This document shows positions 37,059-46,562 of a DNA stretch of 64,000 nucleotides, piece by piece. Made by a program: the position numbers and the translations under genes. Position 1 is the stretch's first letter, and each line of letters begins with the position of its first letter. The stretch covers positions 2,602 through 66,601 of the forward strand of contig CAZOVH010000002.1 of NCBI GenBank assembly GCA_964583675.1. The letters run 5' to 3'. The notes beneath the pieces are model-generated. The model saw nothing but the letters and a program-made list of their open reading frames with translations. It made no database searches and was not told where the DNA came from. The DNA comes from an uncultured Candidatus Saccharibacteria bacterium (GTDB lineage: Bacteria > Patescibacteriota > Saccharimonadia > CAILAD01 > GCA-016700035).

Positions 37059-37763
37059 TTAGAAACCAGTCAGTGAGCGTGAGCGCAGTCGTTCAACACC
37101 TGTTTGCATGCTCCAAAAAGCCTGAACAATCGGCTCTAACTCAACCAAAGGCTCCTCTACCCCGTTAATCTGCACCAACTGCTCAATTCCATAGTCACGA
37201 CAGACTCGCCACAGCTTAACAGCTGCCGCACTCAACTCAACGCCATCGGAGCTACTAAAAACTCCTTCCCGCATCTGCAGGTAGCGCAAGTCTGGTTGCA
37301 GGACTGGAGATATGCCCTGATTATGCAGATTCTTAATCAGGGCCGTTACCCAAACTAGCCGCCGCACGTTCGCATCTTGAGGATGAGCCGACATAATACC
37401 AAGTGCAGCGCGCAAAAACCCATACCAGGATGGCTCGGAGCTGTGCTCGGCCAATGTTTTTTCGGTGACCTCCAAAATACCCTGCGCGGCTACTAGTGCA
37501 TCATAATCATGCATGAGAGGCTCATGTGGCTCGAGTAACGTCGCGCCAGTCACTACTGATAAGCCCTTTGATTCAACGCACTGTAGCTCTACCTCCATAG
37601 TTGGCTCCAACATACCTCGCAGCTTGGCTTGCGGTTTCCGTACGCCCCGAGCTGAAACGGCTTCGCGTCCGCGATCTTCAAAAAAAACGCGCAAAATCCT
37701 ATCGGCTTCACCAACATCACGACGCGACAATATAATTGCCCTGCCTCGAAAATGCCCCTTCAT
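37059..37763 (-). CDS. recO: DNA repair protein RecO
   Basis: N-terminal OB fold (GRAIILSRRDVGEADRILRVFFEDRGREAVSARGVRKPQAKL) typical of RecO. Confidence 0.75.
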   Translation of the reverse strand: MKGHFRGRAIILSRRDVGEADRILRVFFEDRGREAVSARGVRKPQAKLRGMLEPTMEVELQCVESKGLSVVTGATLLEPHEPLMHDYDALVAAQGILEVTEKTLAEHSSEPSWYGFLRAALGIMSAHPQDANVRRLVWVTALIKNLHNQGISPVLQPDLRYLQMREGVFSSSDGVELSAAAVKLWRVCRDYGIEQLVQINGVEEPLVELEPIVQAFWSMQTGVERLRSRSLTGF

Positions 37764-38152
37764 GGGGTCGTTAAGCTGTAATTTACAGCCGCGATTAACT
37801 CATCTGGTGTGGATTTTTGTTTTACTAAATAGGCTCGCACACCCAATGTCTGCTGCAAACTTTGATACAAACCAATGTCTGCAGCCTCCAATACTGTTAA
37901 TAAAATAATCGGCTTAGCATTACTCTGCGTGCGTACACGGATATCTTTTAAAAGCTTGAGTCCGTTTTTGCCAGGCAAGAGTACTTCCGAAACCACTGCA
38001 TCTATCTCGAGCGCATCTAATTGAGCTAACGCCGCACTAGCACCATCTGCATGCGCTATCTCATATCCAGCCGCTTCTAGGGCTCTCGCATACACGGTGC
38101 GGAAGATCTCATCCTCATCAACAAGCAGTACCGTAGGTTTTTTCATCCTCAC
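37760..38152 (-). CDS. response regulator receiver-only protein
   Basis: VLLVDED, phospho-acceptor D in IDAVVSE, conserved T/K positions; no output domain. Confidence 0.75.
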   Translation of the reverse strand: MRMKKPTVLLVDEDEIFRTVYARALEAAGYEIAHADGASAALAQLDALEIDAVVSEVLLPGKNGLKLLKDIRVRTQSNAKPIILLTVLEAADIGLYQSLQQTLGVRAYLVKQKSTPDELIAAVNYSLTTP

Positions 38153-38180
38153 TATTGTATCACTGGCAGCTTAGATCTCC

Positions 38181-38795
38181 TTAAAATGGCATTTTCAGCT
38201 GACGGAAAATTTGAAAATGCATATGTATAGCCGTACCAACCACCACAATCCGCACGCCTGCCGAATGTCCTCGACGAGCTAAAATATAGCCCCGTATTGC
38301 TGCCAGTGATGGCTGCCTAGCCGCGGCGAATAACGCATGACGGCTACCGGCAATCGTCAATTCGCTCGGCAATTCATCACCGCCCCGTAATGAGACGATG
38401 AGCTCTTCCCCACGCCTCCGGAAACCCACACTACAGCGTGCTACATGCATTACTGCACGGATTTCACGCAATAATTCGAGCTGAACTCGAGCATTACCCT
38501 GAACATATGGAAGCCGTTTTTTTCGCTGAATAATTACATCTGGATCGCGCTGTAGCTCCTGCATAAGTAGTCCCCAACTATGGTTCTGCTCTGTACTACG
38601 AAATCCAAAATCTTCATAGTCACAATAGAGCTCCCGTGAGACATCCGCTACCGACATGTAGTTCTGTGCGGCGCGGTATGAAAGCTCTACATCACGCAAC
38701 TGCAAGGCTGCCTCCATTGCAGCCAGCCCAGACTGTAGCTGCGCTGAAACATAACCAACTAGCACTTTTTTTGCACGCTCTTCATCACCCACCAT
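38181..38795 (-). CDS. hypothetical protein (204 aa)
   Basis: Clean ORF next to receiver-domain gene; no family recognised. Confidence 0.4.
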   Translation of the reverse strand: MVGDEERAKKVLVGYVSAQLQSGLAAMEAALQLRDVELSYRAAQNYMSVADVSRELYCDYEDFGFRSTEQNHSWGLLMQELQRDPDVIIQRKKRLPYVQGNARVQLELLREIRAVMHVARCSVGFRRRGEELIVSLRGGDELPSELTIAGSRHALFAAARQPSLAAIRGYILARRGHSAGVRIVVVGTAIHMHFQIFRQLKMPF

Positions 38796-38855
38796 ATGTT
38801 TTAGCTTACCTGCGGCATGAGGCTGGCGGCAAGCATGTACTACTTTTAGCAGTAA

Positions 38856-39626
38856 CTATGGGAGAATAACGCTATTGAGGGTGTTTTTATAGGCTTCATA
38901 CAGTGTGGTATTTTCATTGCTATCAGCCTTAAAGAGGATTGTCTTATCTAGATATTTCACCAAGACGAGAGTGCCTACCTTCTCTGCTCGATCGATTTTT
39001 CCAACGTAGCGCACAGCGTCTCGATCAGAAACTTTAATTTCTTCGCTCGACTCAATACCATTACGTTTTTCTTTAGCATCACGATCATACTTCTCGCGTG
39101 CCTTTGTAAATAATTCATCCCGCACCGTCACTCGAATTGCCAGTTCTTTAGCATTTGTATCTACTTTGTCTGGATGTGCCAAAAGTATAAGCTGGTCTTT
39201 ACCGTTCTTTGACGTAGATATACTAAAGCTCTTCGGTATACGCATCTGAAATGCGCCGAGTTCTTCTGGAGCTATATAATCACGAGTATCGCTCAAACTG
39301 GCCTTAATGGCTTCGTCTTCATCTTTCTTCTTTTGTTCTTCAGCCCCAACACCGTAGCCTTCATCATACTTTTTTGAGTTTGCAACTGAAGCATTCGCAT
39401 AGAGGACGCCAAACGTAATTGCCGCAATCAGCGCTACAGAACCGAGACCAATCACGATGTAGAGAAGTGTCTTGGTGCGCTTATACTTATCTTCGGTTGT
39501 TTTGAGGTTATTCTGCACCTTCTGCTGTTCAGCAGCGGCCACTCCCGCACCAAAGCCAGTCGGCGCAACATTTTGTGGCTGTTGCGCAGGCTGAGGCTCT
39601 GGTTGCTGTGGTGTGGTCGGCGGCAT
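38856..39626 (-). CDS. hypothetical membrane-anchored protein with Pro/Gln-rich N-terminus
   Basis: PQQPEPQPAQQPQ low complexity, one TM (LYIVIGLGSVALIAAITFGVLYA), extracytoplasmic domain. Confidence 0.5.
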   Translation of the reverse strand: MPPTTPQQPEPQPAQQPQNVAPTGFGAGVAAAEQQKVQNNLKTTEDKYKRTKTLLYIVIGLGSVALIAAITFGVLYANASVANSKKYDEGYGVGAEEQKKKDEDEAIKASLSDTRDYIAPEELGAFQMRIPKSFSISTSKNGKDQLILLAHPDKVDTNAKELAIRVTVRDELFTKAREKYDRDAKEKRNGIESSEEIKVSDRDAVRYVGKIDRAEKVGTLVLVKYLDKTILFKADSNENTTLYEAYKNTLNSVILP

Positions 39627-39660
39627 CTATCTCTAAACTTCTTATGCTAGCTAGTATACC

Positions 39661-40191
39661 CTATTTTTTCTCGACAAGCTTCTCACCCGGATGCCAATCA
39701 ATTGGGCAAAGACCACCAGTTTGTAATGCCTTTACTACGCGCAACGTTTCAGTAACAGAACGCCCAACATTACCATCTGAAAGTACTACGTAACGTACGT
39801 TTTGTTCTGGGTCAATGATAAATAGACCTCGCTCGGCTTGCCCATTGTCCTCATCCAGCACTTCATATGCCCTAGAGATTTTATGTGAAGGATCTTCCAG
39901 AATTGCATACTCTACATCTTTAAGGTCGCGCTCAAACCAAGCCTTGTGGCTCTGAATAGTGTCGGTTGAAGCTGCTAAAACTTCGCAATCTGCTTCCTGG
40001 AATTCTTTGTAATGTTTTTGGAATCCTTCAATTTCTGTTGGGCACACAAAGGTAAAATCACGTGGATAAAAGAAGAGCACAAGCCACTTGCCGGCGTAAT
40101 CTTTTAAGCTCACTTCTTTATAATCTTCTGACAGTCCTTTTTGATAGACACTGGCAGAAAATTCTGGTGCTGGTTTATTGAGTTGAATCAT
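39661..40191 (-). CDS. peroxiredoxin (AhpC/TSA/Prx family)
   Basis: FFYPRDFTFVCPTE peroxidatic Cys motif. Confidence 0.85.
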   Translation of the reverse strand: MIQLNKPAPEFSASVYQKGLSEDYKEVSLKDYAGKWLVLFFYPRDFTFVCPTEIEGFQKHYKEFQEADCEVLAASTDTIQSHKAWFERDLKDVEYAILEDPSHKISRAYEVLDEDNGQAERGLFIIDPEQNVRYVVLSDGNVGRSVTETLRVVKALQTGGLCPIDWHPGEKLVEKK

Positions 40192-40210
40192 ATAATTCTC
40201 CTGGTTAAAA

Positions 40211-40798
40211 TTACTTACTTGTTTTTGCCAAACGAGCGTTTACAGCTTGCCAATTAATAAGCTTCATAAACTCATCAATGTACGCCTTACGAGCCGTAGC
40301 ATAATCGAGGAAGTAGGCGTGTTCATACACGTCAAGCACTAAGAGTGCCTGAGTATTCCATACGCCTCCTTGGTTATGAGCATCGCAGATGTAATTTTCG
40401 AGCTGCTGGTTTTCATAATCCCAGGCAAGCACTACCCATCCACGGGCCGAAAGTCCGAGGGCAGCAAAATCTGTCGCCCACTCCTCAATACTTCCCCACT
40501 GCTTTTCGATAAGTTGCGCGATATCACCACTGCACTCTTGTGTTTCGGCAGTCATATTCTCAAAATAGGCTTCGTGCAAACGAATAGCGTTGAGCGCAAA
40601 TACTTTTTCGAGATTTACTTCTCGAATTTCCGCATAGGTACCATTGCTAGCGGCTGGATCTACCTTACGAGCTAACGCTGAAAGTTCATTGTATTTTTTT
40701 ACATATCCCTCGTAGAGCTTATAGTGCTCAGCGAGCTGCTTCTCCGTTATACCGGGTAATTCGCTATAACCAAGAGGCTTGGCGGTTACTTCTGTCAT
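40211..40798 (-). CDS. sodA: superoxide dismutase [Fe/Mn]
   Basis: Metal-ligand His motifs and C-terminal DVYEHAYFLDY signature. Confidence 0.9.
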   Translation of the reverse strand: MTEVTAKPLGYSELPGITEKQLAEHYKLYEGYVKKYNELSALARKVDPAASNGTYAEIREVNLEKVFALNAIRLHEAYFENMTAETQECSGDIAQLIEKQWGSIEEWATDFAALGLSARGWVVLAWDYENQQLENYICDAHNQGGVWNTQALLVLDVYEHAYFLDYATARKAYIDEFMKLINWQAVNARLAKTSK

Positions 40799-40815
40799 AT
40801 TTTCCTCCTCAAAGG

Positions 40816-41331
40816 TTACTCTTCTACTTTACCAAAGCTTGCCAGCTCATACAAAAAGCTATTGCGAGTGGTTTTGACTGGAGCCACCCCCTCAAAAGCA
40901 AACATATATGAGATCACTTTTGCTTCAGGCTCTAATTGACGTATCAGCTGCGCACGCATCCGCGGCATATGATGATGAATTAGATAGAAATACACCACAT
41001 CAAACTTTCCGATATCTACCGCCCAAAAACTACGCAAGTAAACTTTGGCGCGTTTACCATAGCGCAGAAGCCTAACACGAGCGATCAACCACAAGAGCGG
41101 ATTTACTTCAAATCCAGTTACGATTGCTCCTCGTCGAGCTGCAGCTGCGAGTACTTTTCCATCGCCGCAACCCAAGTCCACAAACTTTGTGCCTTTTTTC
41201 ACGCCGGCCAGATCGAATAGCTCATCAAAATCCTGGCGAAAAGCCGGCACCCAGGGAGCTCCAAGAAAAGCACCCAAGCCAAAGCTCAGTACTACAATCG
41301 AGGCAATTATCCAGAACCAGTTCACTGTCAA
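40816..41331 (-). CDS. class I SAM-dependent methyltransferase (membrane-anchored)
   Basis: Motif I VDLGCGDGKVL; N-terminal TM. Confidence 0.65.
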   Translation of the reverse strand: MTVNWFWIIASIVVLSFGLGAFLGAPWVPAFRQDFDELFDLAGVKKGTKFVDLGCGDGKVLAAAARRGAIVTGFEVNPLLWLIARVRLLRYGKRAKVYLRSFWAVDIGKFDVVYFYLIHHHMPRMRAQLIRQLEPEAKVISYMFAFEGVAPVKTTRNSFLYELASFGKVEE

Positions 41332-41769
41332 CTAAGCTTCGCCGTGCTCCAGCGCCTCTGCAGCATCAGCCTCTTCCTTAGTTTTATGGATCGTGCCTGG
41401 TGCATGTTCAGCAGGACTGTAGAGCGAATACACCTTTAAGTCACTGTCGCCAATATTTACTACGTTGTGCCAAGTACCAGCAGGGATCAGTACTGCATGA
41501 TCTGGCTGTAATTCGGCAGTATCTGCTACCTCTTCCTTGGTTGCGCCAGTTACAAGCTTAGCGGCACCAGCCTCTACTCGCAGAAACTGATCTACATCAC
41601 CGTGAACTTCTAAGCCAATTTCACTGCCCGCAGGAATCGACATCACTGTGAGTTGAGTATATTCACCAGTCCAAAGAGTAGTACGAAAATTTGTGTTATT
41701 CTTCGTCTCAGCTTCGATATCTAATACATACACTTTCTTGTCATGTTCTGTCATAGTTTTTTCTCCCAT
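41332..41769 (-). CDS. cupin domain protein
   Basis: Two-His cupin motifs (GLEVHGDVDQFLRV ... PAGTWHNVVN). Confidence 0.65.
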   Translation of the reverse strand: MGEKTMTEHDKKVYVLDIEAETKNNTNFRTTLWTGEYTQLTVMSIPAGSEIGLEVHGDVDQFLRVEAGAAKLVTGATKEEVADTAELQPDHAVLIPAGTWHNVVNIGDSDLKVYSLYSPAEHAPGTIHKTKEEADAAEALEHGEA

Positions 41770-41844
41770 TACCTCCTTCTATTATAGCGCGAATTGTCTA
41801 CCGTTCCTATCTGGAATCTGCTATAATTACGGCTATTGCTATAA

Positions 41845-41921
41845 AGGGGTGTAGCTCAGCTGGCTAGAGCGTCGGTCTCCAAAACCGAAGGCCGCGGGTT
41901 CGATTCCTGCCACCCCTGCCA
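41845..41921 (+). tRNA. tRNA-Trp (anticodon CCA)
   Basis: Cloverleaf read manually: acceptor AGGGGTG/CACCCCT, D-arm GCTCAGCTGGCTAGAGC, anticodon stem TCGGT/ACCGA loop CTCCAAA, T-loop TTCGATT, encoded CCA. Confidence 0.85.
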
Positions 41922-41925
41922 AACT

Positions 41926-41950
41926 TCCACCATCATGGTGGTTTTTTTAT
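41926..41950 (+). terminator. rho-independent terminator (CCACCATcatGGTGG-TTTTTTT)
   Basis: Directly after tRNA-Trp. Confidence 0.7.
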
Positions 41951-41987
41951 TGGCTAAATACACAACATAACAGCTATAATACCTAGC

Positions 41988-43661
41988 ATGAGCAGCGAAG
42001 AAATCAACCAACAGCTCAATGAACACACTGTAGAAGCCAAAATTGCCGGGCCACTCGTCTTCACAATTGTAGTAATTATTCTGTTGGATTTTTTACTTGG
42101 TAAAACTTATTCCACCAATCCCTGGGTCATTGGCGGAATCCTGGCTGGCAGCTTACTCTTCTCGCTCAGTCATAGCATTCCGGCACTCAAATTTGTCAAA
42201 CGTCATGGAGTGTACCTCCTCCTGTATCACTTTCTCCTAGCCGCTTCCCTCATATTTATTGTGCCTACGCTATCTTACTACTTGCTTATCTGGACTATAT
42301 TGGCCTATTTAAGTGAGTATTACTACCAAGCGAAAGGCATATATGTAAGTCTTACTGGGCTACTTTTGACGATTGCTGCCGGTACCTGGTACCAATACAA
42401 GCCGGTAACGACCGACGAACTTTGGGGCGCCATCACCTGGTTTGTTGTGCTTTCAGTTATTATTCTTATGCTAAGTCGCGTCATGCTCGGTAATCGCACG
42501 AAAAGACTTGAGCTTTCTGAAAAAATTATTCATGCCGAATACGAACACGAACGCATGATCAACCTAATAAATAGCATGAGTGAAGCCGTGCTGGCTATGG
42601 ATGAAAAAGGCACAATCAATATCTATAACGCTGCGGCTATGGACCTTCTAGACACCAATGTGGAGCTGGCTGGGAAAAATATAGACGAGGTCGTACACTT
42701 GTATGATGCACAAAAGCACCCGATTAGTGCCCTGCAGATCTCGCAAGAAACTCGTTACCTGCAAAAGCGTTCTGATGTCTTTTTACACTTTGGCGAAAAT
42801 GATGAAGTCGCTCTCGAACTTAATATCAGTCGTACTTCTCTCCAATCGGCTCTTTCCAAGAAGCAAGGTTTCACTTTACTACTACGCGACATAACTCAAC
42901 AAAAGAGCTTGGATGAAGAGCGTGATGAATTTATCTCAGTGGTTAGCCATGAACTACGCACTCCAATTACTATTGCCGAAGCCAATGTGTCGATGGCCGA
43001 ACTTCTTGTTAAAAAGTCTGATAAGAAACCTGAAGAAGTGCACGCTGCCCTTGATAAGGCTCACAAGCAAGTGCTTTTTCTGTCAGATATGGTTAATGAT
43101 CTCTCCACTCTCTCACGCGCAGAAAGAACCGATAAAGAGATGGAACTCGAAACCTTTGATATTGGAGATATTCTAACGGAGCTAGCCAGTACGTATCGCC
43201 CACAAGCTGAGGCAAAATCTTTGTATCTCAAACTAGATGCCGATCAAAACTTCCCCAAGGTTACCACTTCTCGCCTTTATTTAAAGGAAATTCTTCAAAA
43301 CTTCATCACTAACGCCATTAAATATACTCAAGCCGGGGGCATAACCGTAGTGGCCCATGGTGAGAATGGGCTCCTAAGGATTAGTGTTGCCGACACCGGT
43401 ATAGGTATTTCTAAGAGTGAACATGAGAAAGTTTTTGATAAATTCTGGCGTTCGGAAGATCCACTTACCCGCCAAACTGGCGGAACTGGTCTTGGGCTCT
43501 ACATTACGGCCAAGCTTGCTCGACGTATCGGTGCTCAAATAGATTTCCGAAGTGAACCAAAAAAAGGCTCCGTCTTTACCCTGAGCCTACCAGTCGTTGC
43601 GGTACAAGATATTGATAAAAAGAACGTCGTCAAGAAAGAGGTAGAAAATATACTCGACTAA
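41988..43661 (+). CDS. sensor histidine kinase (multi-TM N-domain, PAS-like, HisKA, HATPase_c)
   Basis: H-box SHELRTPITI, G-boxes DTGIGI and GGTGLGLYI. Confidence 0.85.
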   Translation: MSSEEINQQLNEHTVEAKIAGPLVFTIVVIILLDFLLGKTYSTNPWVIGGILAGSLLFSLSHSIPALKFVKRHGVYLLLYHFLLAASLIFIVPTLSYYLLIWTILAYLSEYYYQAKGIYVSLTGLLLTIAAGTWYQYKPVTTDELWGAITWFVVLSVIILMLSRVMLGNRTKRLELSEKIIHAEYEHERMINLINSMSEAVLAMDEKGTINIYNAAAMDLLDTNVELAGKNIDEVVHLYDAQKHPISALQISQETRYLQKRSDVFLHFGENDEVALELNISRTSLQSALSKKQGFTLLLRDITQQKSLDEERDEFISVVSHELRTPITIAEANVSMAELLVKKSDKKPEEVHAALDKAHKQVLFLSDMVNDLSTLSRAERTDKEMELETFDIGDILTELASTYRPQAEAKSLYLKLDADQNFPKVTTSRLYLKEILQNFITNAIKYTQAGGITVVAHGENGLLRISVADTGIGISKSEHEKVFDKFWRSEDPLTRQTGGTGLGLYITAKLARRIGAQIDFRSEPKKGSVFTLSLPVVAVQDIDKKNVVKKEVENILD

Positions 43662-44380
43662 GTCTTCTTGTCGGGCCGGATGAAGAATGTAATAGCCATA
43701 AATATACCTAAGAGTGAAATACCTACCATAAGCTGTATGGACTGTGCAATTGTCAAAACTCCATCGCTACCAGCGCTGCTGAATGGCAGTAAGCCAAGAA
43801 CGACAAATACGACGGCGAACATCACGCTTAGCACCCTCAGTCGAACTTTATCGCGCTGTATACTCACAGCCCTACTCTGACGCCAAAACGCGATCGACAA
43901 GAATAAACTGCTCATATACTGCAAAGATAGAACGCTTGTGTATACTCGAGAAACTGGGCTATACAATATGTATGTAGCTCCATCCTGCACTAGAGTTACC
44001 GGAATAAGCATCAAGTCTCGAAGCGCTAAATACGCCGCGGCTAGAGCAGCTACGACGCTTAATGAAACAATTACGCCGCGGGCAAAATCTGACTTAGGTG
44101 CATAGAGACGTGCAACTAACACCCAGAGCGTGACACCTGCAATCAGCTCAAAGAATGAACCAATCATCATCGCTAGCGTCAGAACTTTCGTGTTCTGTGT
44201 AATTACCGCTGGAAAGGCCGAAAGTGAGAGCGTAACCGTATAGCACACCACCGCGACACCCAAATACAGCGTAACTTTATTTTTAGTTTTCACATAGGAG
44301 CGAATGCTGGCAATTGCGAAGACAATAAATAGCGGGACTGCTAAAAGCGCATGAACATAATTCGCTGGAAAATTACTCAC
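43658..44380 (-). CDS. hypothetical polytopic membrane protein (paralog of 44377..45102)
   Basis: ~7 TM; shares VAR(L/I)Y(A/F)P motif and overall topology with neighbour. Confidence 0.5.
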   Translation of the reverse strand: MSNFPANYVHALLAVPLFIVFAIASIRSYVKTKNKVTLYLGVAVVCYTVTLSLSAFPAVITQNTKVLTLAMMIGSFFELIAGVTLWVLVARLYAPKSDFARGVIVSLSVVAALAAAYLALRDLMLIPVTLVQDGATYILYSPVSRVYTSVLSLQYMSSLFLSIAFWRQSRAVSIQRDKVRLRVLSVMFAVVFVVLGLLPFSSAGSDGVLTIAQSIQLMVGISLLGIFMAITFFIRPDKKT

Positions 44381-45102
44381 GCAGCTCCTTGTCTTCTACG
44401 CTGCAGCCAAAATGCTGAGAATAAGAACACAACGCCAAGCAAGAAGGCGGCTGCCAAGACGTAAGAAGTGCTGTTAAGGTTCGCACTAAAATCAAAAATA
44501 GGCCTTAAGACATAAAGTCCACCAACTATCAAAAACAAGATTGCTAACACAAATAATCGAATTTTTTTTGCAACGTCCTGAGTTCCCCACCCTTGTGCAA
44601 GAAAGCGAGCAGCAATCAAGGGTAAACTAAGATATTGAACCGCTGTAACGAGCTGATACCCTCGAGAAAAAGCAAACTCTATCTGCCAGGCCCCATTAAC
44701 ATACTGCATAATTACTGGGTTTGCCAGATTTTCCTGAACGGAAAACCACATGCCGATACAAATAACAATTGCATCCAGGGCCGCGACAACATACATAACA
44801 CCCTTGCGGTCTGGGAAATAGATACGAGCGACAGCCAACCAGATCCAGAACAACGCCAGAAATTGCAGAGCATCACCAATAATAGTAGCATACGTAAGCA
44901 GTATGCTTGTCTCAGGAACGACTAGTGGAGTAATTCCGTAGAAAACTAGTGAAAAAAAGAATGTGATGGCACTTAGACCAAAAAAAGTGTTCAGTAGATT
45001 AGGTCCACTTTTTTGAGACTGAAAGCTCTTATATGCCACAAAGGCTAAAAGTGGCAAAGCTACATACCAATGTATTGCATTAAGCGGAAGACGCATCTGC
45101 AT
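44377..45102 (-). CDS. hypothetical polytopic membrane protein (paralog of 43658..44380)
   Basis: Tandem paralog, 4-nt overlap with downstream gene. Confidence 0.5.
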   Translation of the reverse strand: MQMRLPLNAIHWYVALPLLAFVAYKSFQSQKSGPNLLNTFFGLSAITFFFSLVFYGITPLVVPETSILLTYATIIGDALQFLALFWIWLAVARIYFPDRKGVMYVVAALDAIVICIGMWFSVQENLANPVIMQYVNGAWQIEFAFSRGYQLVTAVQYLSLPLIAARFLAQGWGTQDVAKKIRLFVLAILFLIVGGLYVLRPIFDFSANLNSTSYVLAAAFLLGVVFLFSAFWLQRRRQGAA

Positions 45103-45133
45103 GGATTATAGCACTTATGCTTCCTAAATAAAA

Positions 45134-45209
45134 TGGAGCCCGCGAAGGGACTCGAACCCATAACCTACGGTTTACAAAACCGTTGCTCTACCAATTGAGC
45201 TACGCGGGC
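45134..45209 (-). tRNA. tRNA-Thr (anticodon UGU)
   Basis: Reverse complement folds: acceptor GCCCGCG/CGCGGGC, D-arm GCTCAATTGGTAGAGC, anticodon stem ACGGT/ACCGT loop TTTGTAA, T-loop TTCGAGT (one U-U mismatch in T-stem), CCA encoded. Confidence 0.75.
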
Positions 45210-45572
45210 TGGTGCAGCATCCTAGCCGAAGTTAGAACTTTGCTACTCAACTATTCTATAACCTAACCTGATATGGCGCAACAGATTATTTGTACCCCCT
45301 ACCCTTTCCTATATATTGAATGATATCTTTCAATTACCATTATCCTATATCGGTAAAGTAGACTAGCTTATTGTGTATGTTTTTATATGTAGTTGTGCTA
45401 AGTAGCCACTTTCATATTTTGTTATGTTTTGTTAGGTTTTTTGAGGTTATATGTGCCATACGTAATTGAGGATATTAATAATCAAAATAGATTGAAGATT
45501 AGAACTATATTCAAACTTGAAAGGTAGGTTGATAACAAGACTATCAATCATATCGCTATTCTAAAAGATACC

Positions 45573-45794
45573 TTACCTCTTAGAATTTTTTAGGGCATTT
45601 ATTTGCTTCTGCAAGCTTTCTAGCTCTTCTTTAATATTTTCAATATCATCCTCTATACTTTCCTGGTCACCACCAAGCAACCTGACTGCCTCCTCTAGCT
45701 TTACGTCTGCTCGTGCATTATTAGTGAGGTTTTGATCAGTTTTATATAGCCAAATAACCAATAAAACGATTACTACTGCCAATACGAACTCCAT
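45573..45794 (-). CDS. hypothetical small membrane-anchored coiled-coil protein (island cargo)
   Basis: N-terminal TM LAVVIVLLVIWLY then acidic coiled coil. Confidence 0.4.
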   Translation of the reverse strand: MEFVLAVVIVLLVIWLYKTDQNLTNNARADVKLEEAVRLLGGDQESIEDDIENIKEELESLQKQINALKNSKR

Positions 45795-45894
45795 TTAAAA
45801 CTCCTTTTTATTATGGGTACCTAATTGTAATCATCACTACTCAAACCTCATCCGTTGGTCAACTTCCATCTATATAATAACTACAGAGCCGTAG

Positions 45895-46461
45895 CTACAG
45901 TGCACTCTCCATAACTTTTAGCATTTCCTGCTGCTGGGTCGCAGTATAGTTGCTAGATACACGCAAAACTACATTACCATTCACCTTATAAGCGCCTGCA
46001 CTAATTGCCCCTGTCTGGAATTGTTCAAGATATTCACCCCTTGTTGCTGCATCTGCCCCAGAAGCAAATACTTCTATTGTGCCACCAGCATCTGTCCCAT
46101 AATTATCCTTACTGATGTCTATTTGGTTTCCATTCTCGTCGACAGGCTGATAGCCAGTACGTGTGTCATAGAAGCTCCCAGCGTATTGATACTCACCCTT
46201 TTTACCAAGTAAGTTGTTTGAGTCTGTAGCCTCAGTTACAACATAAACAGATTGAACTGTTGGGGTTTCAGCTTTTACTTTATCTAATACATCTTGTACT
46301 AATTCATTACCAGTCTTATTTTCTGCCTCGTTTTGAGTTTGATCTGTAGTTACAGAGCGAGGTTGCACGCTATTATTATTTGTATTGAAGTAGTACATCC
46401 CCGCGACCGCAGCTACAACTACCACCAAAACTACCACGCCTACTAGTACTTTCTTATTCAT
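45895..46461 (-). CDS. hypothetical secreted/membrane-anchored protein (island cargo)
   Basis: N-terminal TM/signal anchor VLVGVVVLVVVVAAVAGMYYF; Thr/Asn/Gly-rich ectodomain. Confidence 0.5.
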   Translation of the reverse strand: MNKKVLVGVVVLVVVVAAVAGMYYFNTNNNSVQPRSVTTDQTQNEAENKTGNELVQDVLDKVKAETPTVQSVYVVTEATDSNNLLGKKGEYQYAGSFYDTRTGYQPVDENGNQIDISKDNYGTDAGGTIEVFASGADAATRGEYLEQFQTGAISAGAYKVNGNVVLRVSSNYTATQQQEMLKVMESAL

Positions 46462-46562
46462 ACAACACTCCTATAATTTACAATTTCATTGCTTACTCTA
46501 TCATGCATGATTTTCTTTTCAAATATCTACTGCATTCTAATCACCAATATACTAAGGTCGAA

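Noticed and set aside
45128-45209. Reading the 45134..45209 tRNA as tRNA-Tyr (anticodon GUA)
   Set aside because: Re-registering the anticodon stem (ACGGT/ACCGT) places UGU at positions 34-36 with a short variable loop, so it is tRNA-Thr. The type-II Tyr tRNA is the one at 56518..56604.
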